This document shows, piece by piece, positions 1-14,531 of a stretch of 64,000 nucleotides of DNA (position 1 is the stretch's first letter; each line of letters opens with the position of its first letter). A model generated the notes under the pieces. That model made no database searches, was not told the origin of the DNA, and saw nothing but the letters and a program-made list of their open reading frames with translations. Position numbers and translations under genes: made by a program. The stretch is from Escherichia coli. GTDB lineage: Bacteria; Pseudomonadota; Gammaproteobacteria; Enterobacterales; Enterobacteriaceae. The stretch lies in assembly GCF_002854065.1 (NCBI RefSeq), contig NZ_CP024147.1; one strand, given 5' to 3'.

Positions 1-1
1 A

Positions 2-73
2 GGCATTTTTGAACGTGCGGACTGGGAAGCGTCTCTCCAGGGGCTGGAGCGTATTTTCCCGACAGTGTCATAA
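2..73 (+). CDS. fliI: 3' end of flagellar ATPase gene (partial; 5' part lies outside the window)
   Basis: Open frame from position 2 to TAA at 71-73 (…ERADWEASLQGLERIFPTVS), 18 bp upstream of fliJ; position fits the fliFGHIJK operon. Confidence 0.55.
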   Translation, partial: GIFERADWEASLQGLERIFPTVS

Positions 74-91
74 CCCAGGAGATAACGGCAG

Positions 92-535
92 ATGGCAGAA
101 CATGGCGCGCTGGCGACCCTGAAAGATCTGGCAGAAAAAGAGGTAGAGGATGCCGCGCGCCTGCTGGGTGAAATGCGTCGCGGGTGTCAGCAGGCGGAAG
201 AACAGCTCAAAATGCTGATCGATTATCAGAATGAATATCGCAATAACCTCAACAGCGATATGAGTGCCGGGATGACCAGCAACCGCTGGATCAACTATCA
301 GCAGTTTATCCAGACGCTGGAAAAAGCCATTACTCAGCATCGCCAGCAACTTAATCAGTGGACGCAGAAAGTTGACATTGCCCTGAACAGCTGGCGAGAA
401 AAGAAACAACGTTTGCAGGCCTGGCAGACACTGCAGGAACGGCAATCCACGGCGGCACTGCTTGCAGAAAACCGCCTCGATCAGAAAAAGATGGATGAGT
501 TCGCCCAGCGCGCCGCCATGAGGAAACCTGAATGA
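92..535 (+). CDS. fliJ: Flagellar export chaperone FliJ
   Basis: 147 aa ORF recognised as FliJ; overlaps fliK start by 4 bp (operon arrangement). Confidence 0.9.
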   Translation: MAEHGALATLKDLAEKEVEDAARLLGEMRRGCQQAEEQLKMLIDYQNEYRNNLNSDMSAGMTSNRWINYQQFIQTLEKAITQHRQQLNQWTQKVDIALNSWREKKQRLQAWQTLQERQSTAALLAENRLDQKKMDEFAQRAAMRKPE

Positions 536-1659
536 TTCGCTTAGCGCCCTTGATTACCGCCGACGTTGACACCACCACATTGCCTGGCGGCAAAGCCAGC
601 GATACTGCACAAGATTTTCTCGCGTTGTTGAGCGAAGCATTAGCAGGCGAGACAACTACCGACAAAGCGGCCCCCCAGGTGCTGGTGGCAACAGATAAAC
701 CCACGACAAAAGGCGAGCCGCTGATCAGCGATATTGTTTCCGACGCGCAACAAGCGGATTTACTGATCCCCGTGGATGAAACACTGCCTGTCATCAACGA
801 CGAACAATCCACATCAACACCGTTAACCACCGCTCAGACGATGACGTTGGCTGCGGTGGCTGACAAAAATACGACAAAAGACGAAAAAGCGGATGATCTG
901 AATGAAGACGTCACCGCAAGCCTGAGCGCCCTTTTTGCGATGTTGCCGGGTTTTGACAATACGCCCAAAGTGACTGATGTGCCGTCAACCGTGTTACCGG
1001 CAGAGAAACCAACGCTCTTCACTAAACTGACTTCTGCGCAACTCACAACAGCACAGCCTGATGACGCCCCCGGCACGCCAGCTCAGCCATTAACACCGCT
1101 GGTAGCAGAAGCCCAGAGTAAAGCGGAAGTCATCAGCACACCTTCACCGGTGACCGCTGCCGCCAGCCCGCTAATCACTCCACACCAGACACAGCCACTG
1201 CCCACCGTCGCCGCGCCTGTCTTGAGTGCACCGCTGGGTTCTCACGAATGGCAACAATCATTAAGCCAGCATATTTCGCTGTTCACCCGCCAGGGGCAAC
1301 AAAGTGCAGAGTTGCGTCTGCACCCGCAGGATTTAGGTGAAGTGCAAATCTCCCTCAAAGTGGATGATAACCAGGCGCAAATCCAGATGGTTTCACCGCA
1401 TCAGCACGTACGCGCCGCCCTGGAAGCAGCGCTGCCGGTACTGCGTACGCAGCTGGCCGAAAGTGGCATTCAGTTAGGGCAAAGCAACATCAGTGGCGAA
1501 AGCTTTAGTAGTCAGCAGCAGGCCGCTTCCCAACAACAGCAAAGCCAACGCACAGTAAACCGTGAACCTCTGGCGGGGGAAGACGACGATACGCTTCCGG
1601 TTCCCGTCTCTTTACAAGGGCGTGTAACAGGCAACAGCGGCGTTGATATTTTCGCCTAA
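532..1659 (+). CDS. fliK: Flagellar hook-length control protein FliK
   Basis: 375 aa Pro/Thr/Gln-rich ORF with conserved C-terminal domain, recognised as FliK. Confidence 0.9.
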   Translation: MIRLAPLITADVDTTTLPGGKASDTAQDFLALLSEALAGETTTDKAAPQVLVATDKPTTKGEPLISDIVSDAQQADLLIPVDETLPVINDEQSTSTPLTTAQTMTLAAVADKNTTKDEKADDLNEDVTASLSALFAMLPGFDNTPKVTDVPSTVLPAEKPTLFTKLTSAQLTTAQPDDAPGTPAQPLTPLVAEAQSKAEVISTPSPVTAAASPLITPHQTQPLPTVAAPVLSAPLGSHEWQQSLSQHISLFTRQGQQSAELRLHPQDLGEVQISLKVDDNQAQIQMVSPHQHVRAALEAALPVLRTQLAESGIQLGQSNISGESFSSQQQAASQQQQSQRTVNREPLAGEDDDTLPVPVSLQGRVTGNSGVDIFA

Positions 1660-1702
1660 CGTCAGAGGTAGCACCGTAATCCGCGTCTTTTCCCCGCTTT
1701 GT

Positions 1703-1734
1703 TGCGCTCAAGACGCAGGATAATTAGCCGATAA
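1703..1734 (+). promoter_or_regulatory. Putative sigma28 (FliA)-type promoter element upstream of fliL
   Basis: GCCGATAA at 1727-1734 matches the sigma28 -10 consensus, about 30 bp upstream of the fliL ATG; the -35 match is weak. Confidence 0.4.
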
Positions 1735-1763
1735 GCAGTAGCGACACAGGAAGACCGCAACAC

Positions 1764-2228
1764 ATGACTGATTACGCGATAAGCAAGAAAAGCAAGCGAT
1801 CGCTTTGGATCCCGATTCTGGTATTCATTACCCTCGCGGCCTGTGCCAGCGCAGGTTACAGCTACTGGCATTCGCATCAGGTTGCCGCTGACGACAAAGC
1901 GCAGCAACGCGTCGTGCCCTCACCGGTCTTCTACGCGCTGGATACCTTCACGGTCAATTTGGGCGATGCGGATCGCGTGCTTTATATCGGCATAACCCTG
2001 CGCCTGAAAGATGAAGCTACCCGCTCGCGGCTGAGTGAGTATTTGCCGGAAGTCCGTAGCCGTTTGCTGTTACTGTTTTCGCGTCAGGATGCTGCCGTAC
2101 TGGCGACAGAAGAAGGCAAGAAAAACCTGATTGCCGAGATTAAAACCACGCTTTCCACCCCGCTTGTTGCCGGGCAACCGAAACAGGATGTCACCGACGT
2201 GCTGTATACCGCTTTTATTCTGCGATAA
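1764..2228 (+). CDS. fliL: Flagellar basal-body-associated protein FliL
   Basis: 154 aa ORF with N-terminal transmembrane segment, recognised as FliL. Confidence 0.9.
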   Translation: MTDYAISKKSKRSLWIPILVFITLAACASAGYSYWHSHQVAADDKAQQRVVPSPVFYALDTFTVNLGDADRVLYIGITLRLKDEATRSRLSEYLPEVRSRLLLLFSRQDAAVLATEEGKKNLIAEIKTTLSTPLVAGQPKQDVTDVLYTAFILR

Positions 2229-2232
2229 CGAC

Positions 2233-3237
2233 ATGGGCGATAGTATTCTTTCTCAAGCTGAAATTGATGCGCTGTTGAATGGCGACAGCGAAGTCAAAGA
2301 CGAACCGACAGCCAGTGTTAGCGGCGAAAGTGACATTCGTCCGTACGATCCGAATACCCAACGACGGGTTGTGCGCGAACGTTTGCAGGCGCTGGAAATC
2401 ATTAATGAGCGCTTTGCCCGCCATTTTCGTATGGGGCTGTTCAACCTGCTGCGTCGTAGCCCGGATATAACCGTCGGGGCCATCCGCATTCAGCCGTACC
2501 ATGAATTTGCCCGCAACCTGCCGGTGCCGACCAACCTGAACCTTATCCATCTGAAACCGCTGCGCGGCACAGGGCTGGTGGTGTTCTCGCCGAGTCTGGT
2601 GTTTATCGCCGTGGATAACCTGTTTGGCGGCGATGGACGCTTCCCGACCAAAGTGGAAGGTCGCGAGTTTACCCATACCGAACAGCGCGTCATCAACCGC
2701 ATGTTGAAACTGGCGCTTGAAGGCTATAGCGACGCATGGAAGGCGATTAATCCGCTGGAAGTTGAGTACGTGCGTTCGGAAATGCAGGTGAAATTTACCA
2801 ATATCACCACCTCGCCGAACGACATTGTGGTTAACACGCCGTTCCATGTGGAGATTGGCAACCTGACCGGCGAATTTAATATCTGCCTGCCTTTCAGCAT
2901 GATCGAGCCGCTACGGGAATTGTTGGTTAACCCGCCGCTGGAAAACTCGCGTAATGAAGATCAGAACTGGCGCGATAACCTGGTGCGCCAGGTGCAGCAT
3001 TCACAGCTGGAGCTGGTCGCCAACTTTGCCGATATCTCGCTACGCCTGTCGCAGATTTTAAAACTGAAACCCGGTGACGTCCTGCCGATAGAAAAACCCG
3101 ATCGCATCATCGCCCATGTTGACGGCGTCCCGGTGCTGACCAGTCAGTACGGCACCCTCAACGGTCAGTATGCGTTACGGATAGAACATTTGATTAACCC
3201 GATTTTAAATTCTCTGAACGAGGAACAGCCCAAATGA
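2233..3237 (+). CDS. fliM: Flagellar motor switch protein FliM
   Basis: Internal ATG (MGDSILSQAEIDALLNG…) gives the 334 aa FliM; the ORF track start at 2131 is an upstream extension overlapping fliL. Confidence 0.9.
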   Translation: MGDSILSQAEIDALLNGDSEVKDEPTASVSGESDIRPYDPNTQRRVVRERLQALEIINERFARHFRMGLFNLLRRSPDITVGAIRIQPYHEFARNLPVPTNLNLIHLKPLRGTGLVVFSPSLVFIAVDNLFGGDGRFPTKVEGREFTHTEQRVINRMLKLALEGYSDAWKAINPLEVEYVRSEMQVKFTNITTSPNDIVVNTPFHVEIGNLTGEFNICLPFSMIEPLRELLVNPPLENSRNEDQNWRDNLVRQVQHSQLELVANFADISLRLSQILKLKPGDVLPIEKPDRIIAHVDGVPVLTSQYGTLNGQYALRIEHLINPILNSLNEEQPK

Positions 3238-3647
3238 GTGACATGAATAATCCGGCCGATGACAACAACGGCGCAATGGACGATCTGTGGGCTGAAGCGT
3301 TGAGCGAACAAAAATCAACCAGCAGCAAAAGCGCTGCCGACTCGGTGTTCCAGCAATTTGGCGGTGGTGATGTCAGCGGAACGTTGCAGGATATCGACCT
3401 GATAATGGATATTCCGGTCAAGCTGACCGTCGAGCTGGGCCGTACGCGGATGACCATCAAAGAGCTGTTGCGTCTGACGCAAGGGTCCGTCGTGGCGCTG
3501 GACGGTCTGGCGGGCGAACCACTGGATATTCTGATCAACGGTTATTTAATCGCCCAGGGCGAAGTGGTGGTCGTTGCCGATAAATATGGCGTGCGGATCA
3601 CCGATATCATTACTCCGTCTGAGCGAATGCGCCGCCTGAGCCGTTAG
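3234..3647 (+). CDS. fliN: Flagellar motor switch protein FliN
   Basis: 137 aa ORF, 4-bp overlap with fliM stop, recognised as FliN. Confidence 0.9.
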   Translation: MSDMNNPADDNNGAMDDLWAEALSEQKSTSSKSAADSVFQQFGGGDVSGTLQDIDLIMDIPVKLTVELGRTRMTIKELLRLTQGSVVALDGLAGEPLDILINGYLIAQGEVVVVADKYGVRITDIITPSERMRRLSR

Positions 3648-4015
3648 TGATGAATAACCACGCTACTGTGCAATCTTCCGCGCCGGTTTCTGCTGCGCCA
3701 CTGCTGCAGGTGAGCGGCGCACTCATCGCCATTATTGCCCTGATCCTCGCTGCTGCCTGGCTGGTAAAACGGTTGGGATTTGCCCCTAAGCGCACAGGCG
3801 TTAACGGTCTGAAAATTAGCGCCAGTGCTTCGCTGGGCGCGCGTGAACGGGTTGTGGTGGTCGATGTGGATGATGCACGGCTGGTGCTCGGCGTTACCGC
3901 AGGGCAAATCAATCTGCTGCATAAACTTCCCCCTTCTGCACCAACGGAAGAGATACCGCAGACCGATTTTCAGTCGGTCATGAAAAATTTGCTTAAGCGT
4001 AGCGGGAGATCCTGA
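3647..4015 (+). CDS. fliO: Flagellar export apparatus protein FliO
   Basis: 122 aa ORF with one transmembrane helix, in operon position between fliN and fliP. Confidence 0.85.
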   Translation: MMNNHATVQSSAPVSAAPLLQVSGALIAIIALILAAAWLVKRLGFAPKRTGVNGLKISASASLGARERVVVVDVDDARLVLGVTAGQINLLHKLPPSAPTEEIPQTDFQSVMKNLLKRSGRS

Positions 4016-4752
4016 TGCGTCGTTTATTGTCTGTCGCACCTGTCCTTCTCTGGCTGATTACGCCCCTCGCCTTCGCGCAACTGCCGGGTATCACCAGCCA
4101 GCCGCTGCCTGGCGGTGGACAAAGCTGGTCGCTCCCGGTGCAGACGCTGGTGTTCATCACCTCGTTGACGTTTATTCCGGCAATTTTACTGATGATGACC
4201 AGTTTCACCCGCATCATCATTGTTTTTGGTTTATTGCGTAACGCGCTGGGAACACCCTCCGCGCCACCTAACCAGGTATTGCTGGGGCTGGCACTGTTTT
4301 TGACCTTTTTTATTATGTCACCGGTGATCGACAAAATTTATGTCGATGCGTACCAGCCATTCAGCGAAGAGAAAATATCAATGCAGGAGGCGCTGGAAAA
4401 AGGGGCGCAGCCGCTGCGTGAGTTTATGCTGCGTCAGACCCGTGAGGCAGATTTAGGGTTGTTTGCCAGACTGGCGAATACCGGCCCGTTGCAGGGACCT
4501 GAAGCCGTGCCGATGCGCATTTTGCTCCCGGCCTACGTGACCAGCGAGTTGAAAACCGCATTTCAGATAGGCTTCACGATTTTCATCCCTTTTTTGATTA
4601 TCGACCTGGTGATAGCCAGCGTGTTGATGGCATTGGGGATGATGATGGTTCCCCCCGCCACCATTGCTCTGCCCTTTAAACTGATGCTGTTTGTACTGGT
4701 GGATGGCTGGCAATTGCTTGTCGGTTCGCTGGCGCAGAGCTTTTACAGCTAG
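4015..4752 (+). CDS. fliP: Flagellar export apparatus protein FliP
   Basis: 245 aa polytopic membrane protein with signal peptide, recognised as FliP. Confidence 0.9.
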   Translation: MRRLLSVAPVLLWLITPLAFAQLPGITSQPLPGGGQSWSLPVQTLVFITSLTFIPAILLMMTSFTRIIIVFGLLRNALGTPSAPPNQVLLGLALFLTFFIMSPVIDKIYVDAYQPFSEEKISMQEALEKGAQPLREFMLRQTREADLGLFARLANTGPLQGPEAVPMRILLPAYVTSELKTAFQIGFTIFIPFLIIDLVIASVLMALGMMMVPPATIALPFKLMLFVLVDGWQLLVGSLAQSFYS

Positions 4753-4761
4753 AGAGGCAAA

Positions 4762-5031
4762 ATGACACCTGAATCGGTCATGATGATGGGGACTGAAGCG
4801 ATGAAAGTCGCGCTGGCACTGGCTGCCCCGCTATTGTTGGTAGCGTTGGTCACGGGCCTTATCATCAGTATTTTGCAGGCCGCCACGCAGATTAACGAAA
4901 TGACGCTGTCGTTTATTCCGAAAATCATCGCCGTATTTATCGCCATTATTATTGCCGGACCGTGGATGCTCAATCTGTTGCTGGATTACGTCCGCACCTT
5001 GTTCACTAACCTGCCGTATATCATCGGGTAG
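4762..5031 (+). CDS. fliQ: Flagellar export apparatus protein FliQ
   Basis: 89 aa membrane protein, recognised as FliQ. Confidence 0.9.
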   Translation: MTPESVMMMGTEAMKVALALAAPLLLVALVTGLIISILQAATQINEMTLSFIPKIIAVFIAIIIAGPWMLNLLLDYVRTLFTNLPYIIG

Positions 5032-5038
5032 CCGTACT

Positions 5039-5824
5039 ATGTTGCAGGTGACAAGCGAACAATGGCTATCCTGGTTAAGCCTGTACTTCTGGCCGTTACT
5101 GCGCGTGCTGGCGCTGATCTCCACCGCACCAATTCTGAGCGAACGCAGCGTGCCGAAACGGGTAAAACTGGGGCTGGCAATGATGATCACGTTCGCCATT
5201 GCCCCATCATTACCTGCCAACGATGTTCCTGTTTTTTCGTTCTTTGCTCTGTGGCTGGCCGTACAGCAGATCCTGATCGGTATTGCGCTTGGTTTTACCA
5301 TGCAATTTGCCTTTGCCGCTGTGCGAACCGCTGGCGAAATTATCGGTCTGCAAATGGGGCTGTCATTTGCGACATTTGTCGATCCGGCCAGCCATCTTAA
5401 TATGCCCGTTTTAGCGCGTATCATGGATATGCTGGCGTTACTGCTGTTCCTGACATTTAACGGTCATTTATGGTTGATTTCACTGCTAGTCGATACCTTT
5501 CACACCCTGCCGATTGGTGGCGAACCGTTGAACAGCAATGCGTTTCTGGCACTCACCAAAGCAGGGAGTTTGATTTTCCTTAACGGGCTGATGCTGGCAT
5601 TACCGCTCATTACTCTGCTGCTGACCCTGAATCTGGCATTAGGCTTACTTAATCGTATGGCCCCGCAATTATCCATTTTTGTTATTGGATTTCCATTAAC
5701 TCTGACTGTCGGTATCTCTTTAATGGCGGCATTAATGCCGTTAATTGCGCCTTTTTGCGAACATTTATTCAGTGAAATTTTTAATTTGCTGGCTGATATT
5801 ATTAGTGAATTGCCATTAATATAA
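5039..5824 (+). CDS. fliR: Flagellar export apparatus protein FliR
   Basis: Internal ATG ([11 protein letters not shown]…) gives the 261 aa FliR; the ORF track start at 4952 overlaps fliQ and is rejected. Confidence 0.9.
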   Translation: MLQVTSEQWLSWLSLYFWPLLRVLALISTAPILSERSVPKRVKLGLAMMITFAIAPSLPANDVPVFSFFALWLAVQQILIGIALGFTMQFAFAAVRTAGEIIGLQMGLSFATFVDPASHLNMPVLARIMDMLALLLFLTFNGHLWLISLLVDTFHTLPIGGEPLNSNAFLALTKAGSLIFLNGLMLALPLITLLLTLNLALGLLNRMAPQLSIFVIGFPLTLTVGISLMAALMPLIAPFCEHLFSEIFNLLADIISELPLI

Positions 5825-5849
5825 TTCCGTAACGTTTATCATGTTATCC

Positions 5850-5863
5850 TAAGGATTATCCGA
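5850..5863 (+). promoter_or_regulatory. Putative RcsAB box in the rcsA upstream region
   Basis: TAAGGATTATCCGA resembles the RcsAB box consensus (TaAGaatatTCctA), in the AT-rich region about 250 bp upstream of rcsA. Confidence 0.4.
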
Positions 5864-6113
5864 AAAATAATGCCTACGAACATCTTCCAGGATACTCCTG
5901 CAGCGAAATATTTGTTTTAAGCTCACTCACATATCGCAACATTTACTTTACTTTAAGACAATTCCAGGCAAATTATACAACACTTTACGGGATAGTAAGT
6001 CCGCCTGAAAAATCGCGAGAGTGGCGCATTAGGTGACCCATGTTGTTCCGTTTAGTCATGATGAAATATTCAGGTAAGGGGAATTATCGTTACGCATTGA
6101 GTGAGGGTATGCC

Positions 6114-6737
6114 ATGTCAACGATTATTATGGATTTATGTAGTTACACCCGACTAGGTTTAACCGGGTATCTGTTGAGTAGAGGGGTTAAAAAAAGAGAA
6201 ATCAACGACATTGAAACCGTTGATGACCTTGCCATAGCTTGTGATTCACAGCGCCCTTCAGTGGTGTTTATTAATGAGGACTGTTTCATCCATGATGCTT
6301 CTAACAGTCAGCACATCAAGCACATCATTAATCAACATCCCAATACGTTATTTATCGTTTTTATGGCAATTGCCAATGTTCATTTTGATGAATATCTATT
6401 GGTCAGAAAAAATTTATTGATCAGTTCTAAATCGATTAAACCGGAATCTCTCGACGATATCCTTGGCGATATTCTGAAAAAAGAGACAACGATAACCTCT
6501 TTTTTAAATATGCCGACGTTATCATTGAGCCGAACCGAATCGAGTATGTTGCGAATGTGGATGGCAGGTCAGGGAACCATTCAAATCTCTGACCAAATGA
6601 ATATCAAAGCCAAGACCGTTTCATCGCATAAAGGTAATATTAAACGTAAGATCAAAACGCATAATAAACAGGTTATCTACCATGTCGTCCGACTGACGGA
6701 TAATGTGACTAATGGTATTTTTGTCAACATGCGCTAA
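6114..6737 (+). CDS. rcsA: Capsule synthesis regulator RcsA (LuxR-type auxiliary regulator)
   Basis: 207 aa ORF recognised as RcsA. Confidence 0.9.
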
Positions 6738-6780
6738 CACATTCTGACTGGTGGTTTCCCACCAGTCAGGCTGAATAAGA

Positions 6781-7059
<279 letters not shown>

Positions 7060-7131
7060 CTATACTTAAAAGATGCCAGGCGGACTTAACGACTGGCGGC
7101 AACAACAGAGTAACGGTTGCGAGGAAAGATG

Positions 7132-7359
7132 ATGAAAACCGCAAAAGAGTACAGCGATACCGCAAAACGTGAGGTCAGCGTCGATGTCGATGCCCTGCTG
7201 GCGGCGATCAATGAAATTAGCGAAAGCGAAGTTCATCGCAGCCAGAACGATTCTGAACACGTTAGCGTCGATGGACGTGAATATCATACATGGCGTGAAT
7301 TGGCGGATGCCTTCGAACTGGATATTCATGACTTCAGCGTCTCTGAAGTGAATCGTTGA
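7132..7359 (+). CDS. yodD: Small stress-induced protein YodD
   Basis: 75 aa from internal ATG (MKTAKEYSDTAKREV…); SD GAGGAAAG lies upstream. Confidence 0.8.
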   Translation: MKTAKEYSDTAKREVSVDVDALLAAINEISESEVHRSQNDSEHVSVDGREYHTWRELADAFELDIHDFSVSEVNR

Positions 7360-7372
7360 ATGCACAATAAAA

Positions 7373-7459
7373 AAATCCCGACCCTGAGGGGGTCGGGATG
7401 AAACTTGCTTAAGCAAGAAGCACTTAAAAAATTCGTTACACCAGGAAATCTGATGTGTT
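7373..7459 (-). ncRNA. dsrA: DsrA small regulatory RNA (Hfq-dependent; activates rpoS translation, represses hns)
   Basis: Reverse complement reads AACACATCAGATTTCCTGGTGTAACGAATTTTTTAAGTGCTTCTTGCTTAAGCAAGTTTCATCCCGACCCCCTCAGGGTCGGGATTT, matching DsrA as I recall it, including the terminal GC hairpin plus U-tract. Confidence 0.9.
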
Positions 7460-7535
7460 CATCACCTTATCCGCAATTTTTTTCGCTGACAAGAAAATAT
7501 TCGCCATATGAATGATTAACGCTACTTATGAATAG

Positions 7536-10165
<2,630 letters not shown>

Positions 10166-10335
10166 CCTGACGACTCCCCACCTGCTTTTTTATGATTCTG
10201 GCATAACCTGGCGATAGCGTACCGCAAAACAGCGATAATTTTATAATGGTGGCATGATAAGACGCGACTATCATTCATTGCAGGCATTGGCACACCAGGC
10301 CGGATGTGATCCGGCCTGGTCTTAATGATACCCTT

Positions 10336-10518
10336 TCAAACTTCTTCCGCAGAACGACTCCCCTCCCCCGGAACAAGCTCGGTTTCATGAAAAGCTTCCC
10401 GCTTGACCCCGTAACCGTCATACCAACGACACTCAACCATACCGCTGGAGTATCCAGTGACAATCATCCGCGGGCCGCCCTCTTTAACCGTAACTTCCTC
10501 ACTAACCATAAAGCTCAT
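10336..10518 (-). CDS. yodC: Small protein YodC
   Basis: 60 aa ORF (MSFMVSEEVTVKEGGPRMIVTGY…), syntenic position. Confidence 0.7.
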   Translation of the reverse strand: MSFMVSEEVTVKEGGPRMIVTGYSSGMVECRWYDGYGVKREAFHETELVPGEGSRSAEEV

Positions 10519-10596
10519 ACTCGCCTCCTTTTTTCGAGTGAAACTTGTTCACCTTAGTTGAAGATGGCGAATTTTGCATAATAGCCTGTGCGAGTA

Positions 10597-11514
10597 TTAA
10601 TGTGCCTGACCGCGCATTTTCGCTACGGCTTTCACTCCCAGCACCACGATGCCGCCGATGATAAATCCAAGAATCAGATTTAAAACAGTCGGTAATATCA
10701 TCGCCACCACTGCACTTTGCTGCCCGGCGAAATGTTCAATGGCGTGATGCAGCGGCGCAATACCATGTACCACAATCCCGCCGCCGACGAGGAACATCGC
10801 CAGCGTGCCGACAATCGATAACGCTTTCATCAGCCAGGGCGCGATAATCAATAATCCTTTACCTAATGCCTGCATCAGCGCGCTGGATTTTTCCGCCAGC
10901 CAATACCCCAGGTCATCAATCTTAACGATAACCCCTACCAGACCGTAGACGCCCACGGTCACTACCAGCGCGATGCCTGAAAGCACCAGCACCTGATTAA
11001 GCAACGGCGCTTCGGCCACAATCCCCAGCGTGATGGCGACGATTTCGGCAGACAATATAAAATCGGTACGAATCGCCCCTTTTATTTTGTCCTTTTCAAA
11101 CTTCAGCGGATCCTGCGCCGCCAGCTTCTCCAGACGCTGCTGACTCTGCGCCGGATCTTCTTTATGTTTACGCGCCTCCAGCATATGCAGCACTTTCTCT
11201 ACCCCTTCAAAGCAGAGAAACGCGCCACCAATCATCAACAGAGGCGTAATCGCCCACGGGATAAACGCACTGATGATCAGCGCCAGTGGCACCAGAATCA
11301 CTTTATTAATCAGCGATCCTTTCGCCACGCCCCAGACCACGGGAAGTTCCCGGTTGGCCCGCACGCCTGAAACTTGTTGCGCATTGAGCGATAAGTCATC
11401 CCCTAATACACCGGCGGTTTTCTTCGCCGCCAGTTTGCCCATCACGGAGATATCGTCCAGCAGTGTGGCGATATCATCGAGCAACGTCAGTAAACTACTC
11501 CCGGCCAAAAGCAT
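10597..11514 (-). CDS. yedI: Inner membrane protein YedI (DUF808)
   Basis: 305 aa polytopic membrane ORF recognised as YedI. Confidence 0.85.
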   Translation of the reverse strand: MLLAGSSLLTLLDDIATLLDDISVMGKLAAKKTAGVLGDDLSLNAQQVSGVRANRELPVVWGVAKGSLINKVILVPLALIISAFIPWAITPLLMIGGAFLCFEGVEKVLHMLEARKHKEDPAQSQQRLEKLAAQDPLKFEKDKIKGAIRTDFILSAEIVAITLGIVAEAPLLNQVLVLSGIALVVTVGVYGLVGVIVKIDDLGYWLAEKSSALMQALGKGLLIIAPWLMKALSIVGTLAMFLVGGGIVVHGIAPLHHAIEHFAGQQSAVVAMILPTVLNLILGFIIGGIVVLGVKAVAKMRGQAH

Positions 11515-11686
11515 TCCCTCTCATTTTTATTGTTGAAGGGTGTAAGTATGAAGCAAAAACGGCAGCTCTGATATTTGCTTCACAGGTCAACATTTTTTTA
11601 ACAATCAAGTGCAATTATATCTCTCGCCAGCAGAATGATTTTCACGTTTACTATGAACCACCTTTTTATTTCCACCGTGAGGGATT

Positions 11687-12607
11687 ATGCGTTTCCGCCA
11701 GTTATTACCGCTTTTTGGCGCGCTGTTTGCGTTGTATATCATTTGGGGCTCAACCTATTTTGTCATTCGGATTGGCGTGGAAAGCTGGCCTCCATTAATG
11801 ATGGCGGGCGTTCGATTCCTGGCAGCCGGTATTTTATTGCTGGCATTTTTGCTACTGCGCGGACACAAGCTCCCCCCGCTACGTCCGCTGCTCAATGCCG
11901 CGCTGATTGGCCTGTTATTGCTGGCTGTCGGTAATGGCATGGTGACGGTTGCCGAACATCAAAATGTTCCTTCCGGCATCGCCGCCGTAGTGGTTGCAAC
12001 CGTGCCCCTCTTTACCCTGTGCTTCAGCCGCCTGTTTGGCATTAAAACGCGCAAACTGGAATGGGTGGGTATTGCCATTGGGCTTGCCGGAATCATCATG
12101 CTCAATAGCGGTGGAAATTTAAGCGGCAATCCGTGGGGCGCGATTCTGATTTTAATCGGCTCGATTAGCTGGGCGTTTGGCTCAGTTTATGGCTCGCGCA
12201 TTACCTTACCTGTAGGGATGATGGCGGGTGCGATTGAGATGCTGGCGGCAGGCGTGGTGTTAATGATCGCGTCGATGATTGCGGGTGAAAAACTGACGGC
12301 GCTCCCTTCCCTTTCAGGCTTCCTTGCGGTCGGCTATCTGGCGCTGTTTGGTTCGATTATCGCCATTAACGCTTATATGTATTTAATCCGCAACGTCAGT
12401 CCGGCTCTCGCCACCAGTTACGCCTACGTTAACCCGGTGGTCGCGGTCTTGCTGGGTACGGGACTGGGCGGAGAAACGCTGTCGAAGATTGAATGGCTGG
12501 CGCTCGGCGTAATTGTCTTCGCGGTGGTACTGGTCACGTTGGGAAAATATCTCTTCCCGGCAAAACCCGTAGTTGCGCCAGTTATTCAGGACGCATCAAG
12601 CGAGTAA
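11687..12607 (+). CDS. yedA: EamA/DMT-family transporter YedA
   Basis: 306 aa ORF with about 10 transmembrane segments, recognised as YedA. Confidence 0.85.
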   Translation: MRFRQLLPLFGALFALYIIWGSTYFVIRIGVESWPPLMMAGVRFLAAGILLLAFLLLRGHKLPPLRPLLNAALIGLLLLAVGNGMVTVAEHQNVPSGIAAVVVATVPLFTLCFSRLFGIKTRKLEWVGIAIGLAGIIMLNSGGNLSGNPWGAILILIGSISWAFGSVYGSRITLPVGMMAGAIEMLAAGVVLMIASMIAGEKLTALPSLSGFLAVGYLALFGSIIAINAYMYLIRNVSPALATSYAYVNPVVAVLLGTGLGGETLSKIEWLALGVIVFAVVLVTLGKYLFPAKPVVAPVIQDASSE

Positions 12608-13066
12608 ATGAATCCCCTGCGTGTCGATCTGCGCGCTGGCACCTTCGCCGCAGATCCACTCTTCCAGACGCTCGCTAAGCGCTTCATCCGTCAGCTTCTC
12701 GCGCCCACGTAACGCGCACTCCCAGACAATCAATACGCGCCAGCCGAGTTCCTGCAAGCGACTGATATCGCGGCGATCGCGCTCAACATTTTTACCTATC
12801 TTCTCCAGCCAGAACTCGGTTCGAGTCGCAGGCACTTTAAACAGATAGCAGTGATGATGGTGCCAGAAGCAGCCGTGGGTAAATATCACGCAGCGATATT
12901 CATCAACGACAAAATCCGGGCGTCCGGGCAGACTGGCGTCCTGAACGCGAAACGCCAGGCCCTGCCCGGTTAACAGACTGGCGAGGCGCTTCTCAATCGC
13001 CGTATCACGCGTGGCAATCGCGCGCATATTTTTGCTGCGAGTGGCCTTATCGTGAACGTCGGCCAT
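12596..13066 (-). CDS. vsr: Very-short-patch repair endonuclease Vsr
   Basis: 156 aa from internal ATG ([18 protein letters not shown]…); its 5' end overlaps the 3' end of dcm by 20 bp in another frame, the arrangement known for dcm-vsr. Confidence 0.9.
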   Translation of the reverse strand: MADVHDKATRSKNMRAIATRDTAIEKRLASLLTGQGLAFRVQDASLPGRPDFVVDEYRCVIFTHGCFWHHHHCYLFKVPATRTEFWLEKIGKNVERDRRDISRLQELGWRVLIVWECALRGREKLTDEALSERLEEWICGEGASAQIDTQGIHLLA

Positions 13067-14465
13067 GTTGTGCCTCTTGCTGACGCAACGCCACCGCCTG
13101 TTTGATTTTTGGCTCAAGCAGTTTTGCCACCGCGGCAAAGACCGGCACGACCACCGAGTTACCGAACTGGCGATAGGCCTGAGTGTCCGAAACCGGAATG
13201 CGGAATTTCGCTTCTCCCGGCGCTTCAAAACCCATTAAGCGCGCGCATTCCCGAGGCGTTAACCGACGTGGACGATGTTGCTGATTCAGCGGATCGTCAA
13301 AGTCTTTTTCACCCGTGGCCATATCCCATCCGCGATCGATTAAAATTTCCGCGCCATCTTTGTAATAACGCGCAGACAGCGTACGGGTGACGCTTTGCGG
13401 ATTGTTCGGATAAACCATTCCATAACCGAAGCCGTTACCGCGCGCCTGATGTTTTTTCGCATATCGATAGAGGTACTTCCACAGTACCGGCGTCAGGATA
13501 TATTTCGCCTCGACCATCGGGTCCAGCAGCTGCGCCAGCGTCACTCGCTGCGCAGGGAAACATCCGCTGATATCACGCAGAGTAAAATCGGCTTTCAGAT
13601 TAAGATCGCGACGAAAACCCACCAGCACGATGCGTTCACGGTGCTGCGGCAGAAAATGTTTACCATCGATGATTTTCGGATCGTCCGGCCCGTTATCTTC
13701 TGCATCAGCCACGTCATAGCCCAGTTCGTCCAGCGTCTTCATGATGATGCGGAACGTTTTACCCTGGTCGTGGCTTTTCAGGTTTTTGACGTTTTCGAGC
13801 ACAAACATCGCCGGACGACGCGCGTCGATAATGCGCACCACATCAAAGAACAGCGTGCCCTGAGTATCGCAGGCAAAACCGTGCGCCCGCCCGAGCGAGT
13901 TCTTTTTCGATACGCCAGCCAGCGAAAATGGCTGACAAGGGAAACCGGCCAGTAAAACATCGTGTTCAGGAATGTGTTGACGAATATGTTCCGCCGCCGC
14001 CTCATCACTCACGCCTTCTTTATGGCTGAGGGTGATGTCGCGGATATCTTCATTAAAATGATGCGTCGCCGGGTCGCAATAATGGTTGGCTTTATAAGTG
14101 CGTACCGCATGTTTGTTCCATTCGCTGGTAAACACGCATTGTCCGCCAATCGATTCAAAACCGCGACGGATACCGCCAATTCCGGCAAATAGATCGATAA
14201 AGCGAAACGCATAATGCGGATGATGTGCCGGTGGTTTGGGTAACAACGTTTGCAGATGGGCGAACTCTTTCTCACTTAAACGGTGCCATGCCGAGTCATT
14301 CGTCAGCGCACGTTTTAAAATTGCCGCGCTCCAGTGATTCTCACCCACAACATTAAGCTGCGCCACCAGCGTTTTAACATCATAAATTTGCAGCAGTTTC
14401 TCCAGCATTGCCTGTGCGGCATTCCCGGTGCTGTATGAATCGGTTACTGATATATTTTCCTGCAT
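13047..14465 (-). CDS. dcm: DNA-cytosine C5 methyltransferase Dcm (CCWGG)
   Basis: 472 aa ORF with C5-MTase motifs (FAGIGG, PCQPFS, ENV), recognised as Dcm. Confidence 0.9.
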   Translation of the reverse strand: MQENISVTDSYSTGNAAQAMLEKLLQIYDVKTLVAQLNVVGENHWSAAILKRALTNDSAWHRLSEKEFAHLQTLLPKPPAHHPHYAFRFIDLFAGIGGIRRGFESIGGQCVFTSEWNKHAVRTYKANHYCDPATHHFNEDIRDITLSHKEGVSDEAAAEHIRQHIPEHDVLLAGFPCQPFSLAGVSKKNSLGRAHGFACDTQGTLFFDVVRIIDARRPAMFVLENVKNLKSHDQGKTFRIIMKTLDELGYDVADAEDNGPDDPKIIDGKHFLPQHRERIVLVGFRRDLNLKADFTLRDISGCFPAQRVTLAQLLDPMVEAKYILTPVLWKYLYRYAKKHQARGNGFGYGMVYPNNPQSVTRTLSARYYKDGAEILIDRGWDMATGEKDFDDPLNQQHRPRRLTPRECARLMGFEAPGEAKFRIPVSDTQAYRQFGNSVVVPVFAAVAKLLEPKIKQAVALRQQEAQHGRRSR

Positions 14466-14531
14466 AGATTTAACCGGCCATCTGAGATGGTCGACAGGTT
14501 AACATAATTACAGCCATTTAGGGCCACGCGC

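Noticed and set aside
2131-2232. Long N-terminal extensions proposed by the ORF track for fliM, and similarly for fliR, yedP, vsr, hprR, yodB, mtfA, amn, nac, cobS, yeeX and yeeJ
   Set aside because: In each case an internal start gives the conserved protein N-terminus and avoids implausible overlap with the upstream gene; the extensions are longest-ORF artefacts
2215-2847. 210-aa minus-strand ORF
   Set aside because: Antisense within fliM in a highly conserved operon; spurious
4831-5424. 197-aa minus-strand ORF
   Set aside because: Antisense to fliQ/fliR; spurious
13395-13955. 186-aa plus-strand ORF
   Set aside because: Lies entirely antisense within dcm; no RBS and no recognisable family
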